A DNA stretch of 64,000 bases from Vulcanimicrobiota bacterium (GTDB lineage: Bacteria; Vulcanimicrobiota; Xenobia; Xenobiales; JADMJV01), in assembly GCA_050250895.1 (NCBI GenBank), contig JBFWNU010000001.1, positions 3,251,557 through 3,315,556 on the forward strand. Direction: 5' to 3'. Within the stretch, counting starts at the first letter, position 1, and each line of letters begins with the position of its first letter. The translations under genes and the position numbers were made by a program. The notes beneath the pieces were generated by a model that saw nothing but the letters and a program-made list of their open reading frames with translations, was not told where the DNA came from and did no database searches. Shown here piece after piece: positions 56,233 to 64,000 of the stretch.

Positions 56233-56688
56233 ATGAGAATTCACGCCTACAAGCCCCCTACTTTGCCAGCCGCTCGTCGTCACAAACCCGTCGTCATCGA
56301 CGGCGTGACCCTGGAAGATCCCAAGAACGACACCGAACGCGTGCTGGGAGAAGGTCGCGGCGCCAGTCCTGGACGCCGGGCCATGCTCTGGGGCGGTATC
56401 GGGGCGGTCGCCGGGGCACTGCCTGGCGTGGGCGTCTTTAGCACCATGGCCGGTATGGGTATGGCCGCCCGCGGAATGGATCAGCGGGACAATCCCGATG
56501 GCATGCCTTTGATCACGCCTTTGCTGGCACTTGGCACGGCGGCCACCATGCTGGCTGGAGCGGTCGGTTTTGCGGCTGTCGGCAGTGGCCACTCGGCGGC
56601 CTGGCTCTTGCCCCAGATGGGTCTGGGCGCGATCTTCGGCGGACTGAACTTCGCCGTGGCCGGCTACCATGGCCGCAACTGGTACTAG
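56233..56688 (+). CDS. Gly-zipper membrane protein of unknown function
   Basis: Pro/Arg-rich N-terminus, then several GxxxG hydrophobic helices. Confidence 0.7.
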   Translation: MRIHAYKPPTLPAARRHKPVVIDGVTLEDPKNDTERVLGEGRGASPGRRAMLWGGIGAVAGALPGVGVFSTMAGMGMAARGMDQRDNPDGMPLITPLLALGTAATMLAGAVGFAAVGSGHSAAWLLPQMGLGAIFGGLNFAVAGYHGRNWY

Positions 56689-56689
56689 G

Positions 56690-56721
56690 TCAAGGCTTCT
56701 TTAAGACCCTTGCTTTAGGCT
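56690..56721 (+). promoter_or_regulatory. Shared cis-motif copy
   Basis: TCAA-N7-TTAAG-N10-TAGGCT, 6 nt before ATG 56728. Confidence 0.55.
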
Positions 56722-56727
56722 GGGGTC

Positions 56728-57015
56728 ATGCTAGTCACACGTTCAACCAACCCAACCCACCGTCCGGGCATCGCTCACGACCCCATCCGCAGTGCTCTTC
56801 AGCAAGTCGTTGGCCAAATGAAGCTGCCGCTTCGCTTCGACGACAAGACCATGAAGGCCGACCTCAAGGACGAATTGGGACTCGACTCTATCGACCACGT
56901 CGAACTCGTCATGAAAGCCGAGGAGAGGTTGGGAGTCAAGGTTCCGAGTTCAGACTATGAGAGGATCAATACTCTGGGTGACCTCGAGCAGGTCTTTCGC
57001 GAGCTGAAGAGTTAG
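56728..57015 (+). CDS. Orphan acyl carrier protein with N-terminal extension
   Basis: ELGLDSIDHVELVMKAEERLGV...INTLGDL. Confidence 0.88.
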   Translation: MLVTRSTNPTHRPGIAHDPIRSALQQVVGQMKLPLRFDDKTMKADLKDELGLDSIDHVELVMKAEERLGVKVPSSDYERINTLGDLEQVFRELKS

Positions 57016-57446
57016 ACGCGCTCGACCATCGAGACGTGCACCGACTCGTTGCTCGAGTAGTGCCAATGGTCGACCTCGATCAGGTCGCCGTGCAGTTCGA
57101 CCCGCACGAAGTCGCGGGAACTCTGGCTGCGCGTCGCCTGGACGAAGATGGTCGGCTGCTCGGTGGCGCTCGAGGTCAGGGCGAGTTGCAGGCCGTTCTG
57201 ACTGTCGAGGCGGCAGACGCGCACATCCGGCTCGGGGCTCAGCATCGGCAGGCCCTCGAAACAGCTGACGAATTCACCTAGATTGACGGTGCCGGACAAA
57301 ACCGGGGCCACATCGAGCACTCGATCGATGGCCGAGCCATCTTCACTGACGGCGTAACGGCGCAGGTCGAGAGTGTGATCGGAGGAGGACGGCCGGTCCT
57401 CGCGGACGGCGTCGAAGTGGCGTGTGACACAGCTAGGTAGACTCAT
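57012..57446 (-). CDS. Hypothetical protein
   Basis: 144-aa GC3-biased frame preceded by the shared cis-motif. Confidence 0.6.
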   Translation of the reverse strand: MSLPSCVTRHFDAVREDRPSSSDHTLDLRRYAVSEDGSAIDRVLDVAPVLSGTVNLGEFVSCFEGLPMLSPEPDVRVCRLDSQNGLQLALTSSATEQPTIFVQATRSQSSRDFVRVELHGDLIEVDHWHYSSNESVHVSMVERV

Positions 57447-57455
57447 CTTGAGCTT

Positions 57456-57487
57456 AGCCTATCAGGGGGGCCTTAAAGATCTTTAGA
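57456..57487 (-). promoter_or_regulatory. Shared cis-motif copy
   Basis: Minus strand TCTA-N7-TTAAG-N10-TAGGCT, 9 nt before ATG 57446. Confidence 0.55.
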
Positions 57488-57553
57488 AGTTTCTGGGTCA
57501 GACTTTGCCGGCATGTTACACGGATGTGAAGAGAATGTTGCCCGGCGCGGGGA

Positions 57554-57952
57554 CTAGATTGTCGTGACAACTCTCGAATTGATGATGCGCTGGTCCGAGG
57601 TCAACAGGGTAGCCCCCTCCAGAATAGCTGTCGAGACGATGAGGCGATCCGCCGGGTCGCGGTGAAAGCTCTCCGGGAGGCTGGCTACTTGAGCGGCAAT
57701 AGCCGGGGTCACGGGACAGCGACGCACCAGCGGCGGAGCGGTGGCGCATTCTAGCCAATCTCGAAGGGGACGCTCCAGTCGAAGCCTGCCAAGCATTGCG
57801 AGGGTCGCCACCTCCCAGAGACTGATGTTCGCGACGAGTAGGGGAGAGCGGTTGACTCGGGCCTTTCGAAGAATGACGTCTTGCGCCTTGGAGAGCCGTC
57901 CCTGGTCTTCAAACCACCAGACCAGGATATGAGTGTCCAGTAGATAGGTCAA
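57554..57952 (-). CDS. vapC: PIN-domain toxin
   Basis: LLDTHILVWW, SLWEV, HRDPADRLIVSTA, LLTSD; TTGA overlap with the antitoxin. Confidence 0.92.
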   Translation of the reverse strand: MTYLLDTHILVWWFEDQGRLSKAQDVILRKARVNRSPLLVANISLWEVATLAMLGRLRLERPLRDWLECATAPPLVRRCPVTPAIAAQVASLPESFHRDPADRLIVSTAILEGATLLTSDQRIINSRVVTTI

Positions 57953-58197
57953 GGCAACTCTGCTTCCGCTTCCCATTCGCTGGGATTGAGGACCGGTGAG
58001 ACGATGTCACCCAAGATGGTGACGCTTCCGAAGAGAGCGTCCTGTGGCAAGCCATCGTCTCGCGGCGTGGCGGGGACCAACTGTGCGACCGGCTTGCCAC
58101 GCTTGAGGATGGTCAGCGGTTGGCCCGTTTTGGCGACCTCGTCGAGCAGCGCCAGGCATTTGGCTTTAAAATCGGATGCGTTGATCGAATGTTCCAT
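57949..58197 (-). CDS. Phd/YefM-family antitoxin
   Basis: INASDFKAKCLALLDEV...TILKRGKPVAQLVP. Confidence 0.92.
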   Translation of the reverse strand: MEHSINASDFKAKCLALLDEVAKTGQPLTILKRGKPVAQLVPATPRDDGLPQDALFGSVTILGDIVSPVLNPSEWEAEAELP

Positions 58198-58198
58198 G

Positions 58199-58232
58199 TG
58201 ACCAGTCTAATTGACTGGTCAGCGTTTGTCGA
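58199..58232 (-). promoter_or_regulatory. Toxin-antitoxin promoter with palindromic operator
   Basis: TGACCAGTC-N5-GACTGGTCA at 58199-58221; minus strand TCGACA-17-TAGACT; ATG 6 nt downstream. Confidence 0.8.
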
Positions 58233-58680
58233 GCAGGCTCCGGATCTCGGCCACCAGGGCGTCTACCGCCTGGCGCTGCTGCTCGGAAGTGGCCAGTTGC
58301 TGGGCCAGTTCGTCCCAGCGTTCGAGGTTGCGGGCCCGAGCCGCCTGATTCTGGCTGGCTACATGGCGACGGTGGTCTTCGGTGCGCACCAACCACTCAT
58401 ACAGGACCGCCGCTCGAGGTCGCTGGATGGGAGGTAAGTCGGGCTCGATGGGATCGCCGGGAAACTCGGCCGGCGGCTGATTCTCGAGGGCGTCGAAATA
58501 GCGCACCAGGTCGCCGAAGGCGGCCTCAGGCTCAGCCAGCGTCGGGCTTTCGAGCAGGCCACGGAGTTGCTCTTTGCCGGCCGCGGACAGATCGAGACGC
58601 AGCGCCTGATCGTAGACGAAGACCAGATTGAGCAGGTCGATGCCCTGGCGCAGGTTCTGAAAGAGTTCTTCGAGGATCAT
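58219..58680 (-). CDS. Helical hypothetical protein; candidate immunity/partner of the giant protein
   Basis: 153 aa; ATG at 58680 overlaps the stop of the upstream gene (ATGA). Confidence 0.65.
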   Translation of the reverse strand: MILEELFQNLRQGIDLLNLVFVYDQALRLDLSAAGKEQLRGLLESPTLAEPEAAFGDLVRYFDALENQPPAEFPGDPIEPDLPPIQRPRAAVLYEWLVRTEDHRRHVASQNQAARARNLERWDELAQQLATSEQQRQAVDALVAEIRSLLDKR

Positions 58681-61600
58681 TGGCCGTTGACCCAATTCAG
58701 ATAGTCTCGCACCACCGGGATCTGGTGGGTGTAGCGAGTGGCCTCGGCATAGGCGCGATCGATCTGCTCACCCTGGAAGCCGTAGGGGATTTGCTGGTTG
58801 TATTCGAGGGCCGGGGTATCCAGGCCGGCCGGATCCACCGGACTCTGGCGCAGACCGTAGTTGTTGACCGGCGCCCCGGCGTTATCGACTTGCCCCAGCC
58901 AGGCCCGGTTGGCTTTGTCGCGGAAGAACATATACTGCAGCTTCCCGTCAGCCGAGGGGAAAACCTCGGCCGAGACCTCGCCGTGGAGGGGGTGCTGGAA
59001 AGTGAAGCGGTCGCTGGCCCCGTTGGAGAAGTTGGGGGCCTGCTCGGGGTTGTAGAAACGGAACGAAGTGGGATCGTTTTTGTCGGCAAACTCGCCCAGC
59101 TTGAGGCCTTTGTCCATCTGGTTGATAAAGCCCTCGGGAGGCAGGTGTCCTCCCAGCTCGAGACCTCCATAGAAGGCTTGCTGGGAGGCCTCGGGCGAGA
59201 GGTTGAGGCGGGGTTGCTCGGCCATGCGGAAGAGTTCTTTCTGGAGCGAGGCAGGCAGGTTGGTGCTGGTTTCGCCCAGGCCTTTGCCGATCCAGCCGTT
59301 GCCGCCACCGTGGCTGGCCGAACGATACAGGCCCTGCGAGTTGCTCTGATAGAACAGGCGCTGGTGGATCTCGCCGCTCTTGGGATCCTTGACGTAGCCG
59401 ATGAAAGCCGAGCGACCGTCGCGCTCGAACGGCTTGGAGAGATACATTTCGGTATCCCCCACCTTGAGCTTGGTGGCGGGGCCCAGACCGTTCTGCTGGA
59501 GAAACTCGGGGGTGAGCGCCTGGGCGCCTCCGGGACGCATTTCGGATTGGGGAATGCGGGCCTGCTTGACCACTCGGGCGGCCTCGTCGGGCGAAACCTG
59601 CTCGACCGGCAGACTGTGAGGAGTTTCGCCCACCTTCGGAGGCGTGTCGAGCTTGGGCACCCGGTTGGGTCGCATGACCTGATCGGTGCCCATGCGGAAG
59701 CTGCCGTCGGGAGGCAACTCGGTCCACTGGTTGGCTTGCAGGCGCTTGCCGTTGACGAAGGTGCCGTTGGAGGAGCCCACATCGCGGATCATGAGATGGC
59801 CGTTCTCGACCTTGATCTCGGCGTGCTCGCGACTGACGCTGGGGGCGTCCATACCGTGGCTACGCCCGAGTTTGCGCACCGAGCCGTCGGTGGGAATGTC
59901 GAGCGACTGGCCATTGGGCCCGGTCAGCCGATAAGGGTCGCCCGCTTTGATCGGCCCGGGCTGGCTGAGCCGGCGCTGGGCTTGCAGACCTTGCAGGTTG
60001 AGTTCCTGGTTGGCCAGGCGCAGGCGAGCTTCGGGAGGCACGTTGACCCACTCGTCGGGCTTGAGACGTTGGCCGTCGAGATAGCTGCCCGAGGTCGAGT
60101 TGAGATCGCGAACCTGCAGCTGGCCGTCCTGCATGCGGAACTGGGCGTGGCGGCGGCTGACCCCCAGGTCGTCGGCTCCGAAGATCTGACCGTCTTCGCC
60201 AGGCGCGCGGCCCACGGTAATGGGCGAGCCGTCGTGGGGCACGCGCAGGTTGGGCCCGTTGGGGGTGCCGATCTCGAGCGCCTGGGCGGCGCTGGCGCCA
60301 GCCGTGCCGCCCACAGGCGTGGCGCTCAGAGCGTGGTTGGGCCCGAAGGTCAGCTTGCCCTCGCCCACGTTGACCCATTGCTCGGGATCAAGGCGCTGGC
60401 CGTCGAGATAGGTGCCCGAGGTCGACTTGAGGTCGCGCACCTGCAGTTGCCCTTCGTGCACCCGCATCTCGGCGTGGCGGCGGCTAACGCTGAGGTCCTC
60501 GCGACCGATGGTGAGCCCGCCCTCGCCCGGACTGCGGCCGATGACCCGGGCCTGGCCGTCGCCGGGAATGAAGATCTCTTCGCCCAGCTGATTGCGCACG
60601 CGATAGTCGCGGTCGCGGGGAAGGTTCAGCTGGCCGTCGGTGCTGCGGTCGATGTGGCGCATACCGTCGAGGGACACCACGTCGCGCTTGCCGTCGGGGA
60701 ACTTGGGATCGTCGGAGAATTTCCAGCCGGTGCCGGTGTGGCCGTCGACATCGTAAGACAGGTACTTGCCCGACGGAGCCTTGTAGACGGCATCCTTACC
60801 CTCGCCGATCTTCTCCAGCCCCATCTTGTCGGCCAGAGCTTGCTTCTCGGCGGCCTCGAGATTGAGGGTGACGCCACCGCTTTCGGTCACGCGCACGCCG
60901 TTGGGCTCGAAAGCCTTGCGCTTGATCAGGTCCATGACGTCCTGGTGCACGCCTTTGACATCGGCCGCGCTGGCCTTGGGGTCGACGAGCTTCTGATAGG
61001 CGGCCACGCCATCCGGGCCGTATTGGCCCACGGCTAGCAGGTTCTTGTGATCCGGCACGCCCGGGATGGAAGGCGGAGCCCCTCCGGCCGTAGAGGGATC
61101 GACCATACGCTGGAATTTGTCGAACTGGCCCAGGGTTTCGTTGCCCTGCAGCTGCTTCCAGGTGCGGAACTTCTCGGCGCCCAGCTCTTTCTGCATGCGA
61201 GCGTCGATGTCTTTGGCCGACATGCCGTCTTTGCGCCACCTGCCGAGTTCGCCGCGCAGGTTCTTGTCGAGGGTCGAGTCGGCCATCTCGCCAAAGCGCT
61301 GCTGCATCTCGCTGCGATAGGCACCAAAGTCGACATTCTCTCCACCCAGGCGGCGTCGGGCGATGGTGTCCACGGTCTGGTCGCGCAGCATGCGATTGAA
61401 ATCTTGCTCGAGGCCGGCCTGTTGGGCGGCCTGTTGCCATTTGCGCAACTGAGCGGCCGACCCCTGAGCCAGCGGATCCTGGATCTGGTCGGCAAAGGCC
61501 GTTCGCATGCGGTCGTCGAGGTTGTCGCGCACCCAGTCGTCGCCGAAGTTGCGCCGGGCGTACTCGCGAGCGGCCAGCAGTTCTTGGGGCGAGGTGCCCT

Positions 61601-64000
61601 CGTTAGAGTAGCGGGTCTGGCGCTGGTCGAACTTCTGCAGGATGTCGTCTTTGACCACCTGAGGTTCGTCTTTGACGAACTCGTCCCAGGTTTTGCGAGT
61701 GGCGTCGTCAAGGCCGCGAATCTCGCCCTCGTTGTTGAGCCGCAACTCGCCCGTGTCGCCGTCGGTGGTCTGGCGCGGGGGAGTGGGCTCGGCCTGGTCG
61801 TGAGCGGCCCGATGGGCCTGCTCGCGCTCGCGCAACCGGTCCAGGGCCTCGCTGTTCTGCTCGCCCCCAGACTTGGGCTTCTTGGTCTTCTCCAGGCGCT
61901 CGAGATAGTTGTCGACGAAGTCATGGCCGCCGGCTTCGGCGCGATGCTCGGCCAGGCTATTCTCGTAGGCTTTGCGGGCTTTGGCAATCTCTTCGGGCGG
62001 GGCGTTGTTGGCCCGCAAATCTTCCAGTCGGCGAGCGGCCTGGTTGGTGTCTTGCAAGGCTCCGCGCAGGGCCCGGTCGCCGTTGGGCCCAGAGGCGGCT
62101 CGAATATCGACCACGTGCTTGAGCTCGTGGCCAAAGTCGTGAGCGAGCACCCGGCCGTTGGCATCCACCGGCATGAACATCTGGATACGCCCATCGGCCC
62201 CGCGGGTGACGTGGGGGGTAGTGATGCGATTACCCTGGGCGTCGACCCCGGTGTGGATGTCGACATCCTTCATGAAGCCGGGGTCGATCCCGCGCTCCTT
62301 CAGGTAAGCATTGGCCTGGTTGGGTAGCTCATCACCGGCGATGCGCAGCTTCGAGGTGCGGGGCGCGTCTTGCGTCAGGCTGGCGGGAGCGTCCACTCCC
62401 TTGCCGCGGAACAGGGCCGGCATGCCTGCCCCCACCGTGCCGCCGATCACGCCGCCGATAGCGCCGCCCGCCAGGGTGCCCTGACCGAGCCGTCCCAGGC
62501 CGGTCGAAAAGCCATCGCGCCAGGTGGCCTCATCGAGGGCGGTGTTGGTGAAACCACCGGCCGCCCCGCCCAGGGTTCCTTCGGTGAAGCCGATGGCGCC
62601 CATGGTGGCCATCCGTCGCATCAGCGGGTTCTGCAAGCCGATGCGTCCCAGGGCGTTGCTGATGGGGCCGCCCAGCTTGCCCACCGAGATACCGGCGGTG
62701 GCTCCGTCGATGGCTCCCACGGCCACGTCGCGGAAGCTGTCTTCCCAGTTGTAGCCGTTGCCCTGCATCACCAGACGCGTGCCGAAGTTGGTGGCGGCGC
62801 CGGCCGCCGCCGCCGTGCCGGCCACCGCCAGCACCGGCGCAGCCGTACCCGCCGAGCCGACCACGATGGCAGTGGTGACGGCGGCGGTGCCCACTGTGGC
62901 AGCCACATCGGTGACCCCGTCCTTGTTGCTGCGGTAAGCCTTGATCTGGCTTTCACCCGATTGGGCCAGGCTCCACAGGCGTTCGAGTTTCTTCTTGTCC
63001 TCGGGCTTGTCGCTCTTGAGTAGCCCTTCGATCTTGTCGCGTCCACCCAACTCCTTGACGTAGGCGTTGAGTTCGCGATTGGCGTTGTCGAGACCGCGGC
63101 CCACAGCCTGATCGCCCGCCACACCCATCATGGCGCGCCATCCCAGGCTGCCCATGCCGCGCTCGTAGTCGAAGCGATCTCTGAATTGATCGTAAGCTTC
63201 GAGAGCGTTCTCGGGTTTGCCCTTGAGGGCCATGCGGATCTCGAAGTCGTTGCGTCCGGAGAAGTCCCCCAGCAGATCGTTGTCGAGGGTGGCGCCTTCA
63301 TAACCGCTGTCGGTGGCAAATTGGGCGTAGTCTTCCCGAAGCTTGGCGACTTCGGCCTTGCTACGGCCGTCCATGACCCGATGCACCGAATCCTCGTCGG
63401 TACCAAGGCCGCGCACTGCGAAGAACAGCTCCTGGGCGTCGGTGAGCTTGCCGTTCTTCATCAGCAGATCCATGCGCTGGCGCTCGTAGCCCGAGGTCTC
63501 GCCGCGAACATCCGATTTGAAGTCGCTACGGTACTGGCTTTGGTACGACTCGCGCATCTTCTGCTGGAAGTCGGCCGAACCCGTTTGAGCGACATCGCGC
63601 AGGGCCACCTCGTCGGTGCCCGCCCCGCTCCAGGGCCAGAAGTTGCTGCCTTTCATGGCGTAGCGGGCGCGGGCCGCTTCGGCCTTGGCCATGTCGTTGT
63701 CGAGCAGCCCCTCGAAGCGATCCTTGAGCGGGCCGCGCGAGCCCAGGCTCCACTCCTTCATGGCATCGCTGTGCATCTTCGACTGCCGCCAATCGACATC
63801 GCGCAGACCGCTGCCGTAGAGGCCTTCATACTCTTTAATAATCTGCTTGCGCTCGTCGTGGGTCATGGTCGACAGATCGCGATAGACGCTGTCGGCGTCA
63901 GTGCCCCAGCCCGACACGAAGGTACTGCCATCGCCCTGCATGGCGTAGCGGATATTGGCCGCCCGGGCTTTGGCCTCATTGCCTTCGAGCAGGGCCAGCG
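58677..64000 (-). CDS. Giant multidomain protein (5' end outside window): annexin-like repeats, Gly-rich TM region, HExxH, Ntox21-like toxin, 3 FHA domains, unknown C-terminal domain
   Basis: Frame stays open to 64000 (LALLEGNEAKARAANIRYAM). GxGTD motifs x3; GHELKH; YLSYDVDGHTGTGWK; GR...VSRxHA...DxxSxxG x3. Confidence 0.85.
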   Translation of the reverse strand, partial: LALLEGNEAKARAANIRYAMQGDGSTFVSGWGTDADSVYRDLSTMTHDERKQIIKEYEGLYGSGLRDVDWRQSKMHSDAMKEWSLGSRGPLKDRFEGLLDNDMAKAEAARARYAMKGSNFWPWSGAGTDEVALRDVAQTGSADFQQKMRESYQSQYRSDFKSDVRGETSGYERQRMDLLMKNGKLTDAQELFFAVRGLGTDEDSVHRVMDGRSKAEVAKLREDYAQFATDSGYEGATLDNDLLGDFSGRNDFEIRMALKGKPENALEAYDQFRDRFDYERGMGSLGWRAMMGVAGDQAVGRGLDNANRELNAYVKELGGRDKIEGLLKSDKPEDKKKLERLWSLAQSGESQIKAYRSNKDGVTDVAATVGTAAVTTAIVVGSAGTAAPVLAVAGTAAAAGAATNFGTRLVMQGNGYNWEDSFRDVAVGAIDGATAGISVGKLGGPISNALGRIGLQNPLMRRMATMGAIGFTEGTLGGAAGGFTNTALDEATWRDGFSTGLGRLGQGTLAGGAIGGVIGGTVGAGMPALFRGKGVDAPASLTQDAPRTSKLRIAGDELPNQANAYLKERGIDPGFMKDVDIHTGVDAQGNRITTPHVTRGADGRIQMFMPVDANGRVLAHDFGHELKHVVDIRAASGPNGDRALRGALQDTNQAARRLEDLRANNAPPEEIAKARKAYENSLAEHRAEAGGHDFVDNYLERLEKTKKPKSGGEQNSEALDRLREREQAHRAAHDQAEPTPPRQTTDGDTGELRLNNEGEIRGLDDATRKTWDEFVKDEPQVVKDDILQKFDQRQTRYSNEGTSPQELLAAREYARRNFGDDWVRDNLDDRMRTAFADQIQDPLAQGSAAQLRKWQQAAQQAGLEQDFNRMLRDQTVDTIARRRLGGENVDFGAYRSEMQQRFGEMADSTLDKNLRGELGRWRKDGMSAKDIDARMQKELGAEKFRTWKQLQGNETLGQFDKFQRMVDPSTAGGAPPSIPGVPDHKNLLAVGQYGPDGVAAYQKLVDPKASAADVKGVHQDVMDLIKRKAFEPNGVRVTESGGVTLNLEAAEKQALADKMGLEKIGEGKDAVYKAPSGKYLSYDVDGHTGTGWKFSDDPKFPDGKRDVVSLDGMRHIDRSTDGQLNLPRDRDYRVRNQLGEEIFIPGDGQARVIGRSPGEGGLTIGREDLSVSRRHAEMRVHEGQLQVRDLKSTSGTYLDGQRLDPEQWVNVGEGKLTFGPNHALSATPVGGTAGASAAQALEIGTPNGPNLRVPHDGSPITVGRAPGEDGQIFGADDLGVSRRHAQFRMQDGQLQVRDLNSTSGSYLDGQRLKPDEWVNVPPEARLRLANQELNLQGLQAQRRLSQPGPIKAGDPYRLTGPNGQSLDIPTDGSVRKLGRSHGMDAPSVSREHAEIKVENGHLMIRDVGSSNGTFVNGKRLQANQWTELPPDGSFRMGTDQVMRPNRVPKLDTPPKVGETPHSLPVEQVSPDEAARVVKQARIPQSEMRPGGAQALTPEFLQQNGLGPATKLKVGDTEMYLSKPFERDGRSAFIGYVKDPKSGEIHQRLFYQSNSQGLYRSASHGGGNGWIGKGLGETSTNLPASLQKELFRMAEQPRLNLSPEASQQAFYGGLELGGHLPPEGFINQMDKGLKLGEFADKNDPTSFRFYNPEQAPNFSNGASDRFTFQHPLHGEVSAEVFPSADGKLQYMFFRDKANRAWLGQVDNAGAPVNNYGLRQSPVDPAGLDTPALEYNQQIPYGFQGEQIDRAYAEATRYTHQIPVVRDYLNWVNGQ

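Noticed and set aside
58680-61037. 785-aa plus-strand ORF and similar long antisense ORFs (10794-12131, 15988-17403, 8961-10211, 61047-62327)
   Set aside because: Shadow frames of high-GC3 genes on the opposite strand; no motifs.

Overview
High-GC bacterial window with about 60 protein-coding genes. I found no rRNA, tRNA, CRISPR array or recognisable transposase. Gene content (SLH-anchored beta-barrel, pilin-like C-x-SNLKN...TALEMY domain, YkgJ paralogs, FHA-rich giant protein, flagellar sigma28 promoter) tentatively suggests Ca. Eremiobacterota/Vulcanimicrobiota; this is inference only. The window opens with a 1.3-kb non-coding mosaic of palindromic repeats. The strongest candidates for undescribed systems are: (1) an Hsp90/HtpG-like GHKL ATPase translationally coupled to a 1365-aa catalytically degenerate paralog with five tandem ~210-aa Hsp90-middle-domain-like repeats, in a cyclophilin/MdlAB operon (1330-10894); (2) a >1770-aa protein running off the right edge that combines annexin-like repeats, a Gly-rich hydrophobic segment, an HExxH domain, an internal Ntox21-like RNase toxin motif, three FHA domains and an unknown C-terminal domain, followed by a coupled candidate immunity gene (58219-64000); (3) a recurring TT(A/C)A-N7-TT(A/C)AG-N9/10-TARGCT cis-motif upstream of several orphan, effector-like genes. 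Other points: a cupredoxin-pair/class III cyclase unit with guanylate-cyclase-type Glu, a probable ATT-initiated SLH porin, a CarH B12 photoreceptor with an operator-like promoter, a truncated GDH-like pseudoenzyme, two vapBC modules, a frameshifted MCP and a decayed GGDEF gene. All family assignments come from motif recognition by eye, not from database searches.
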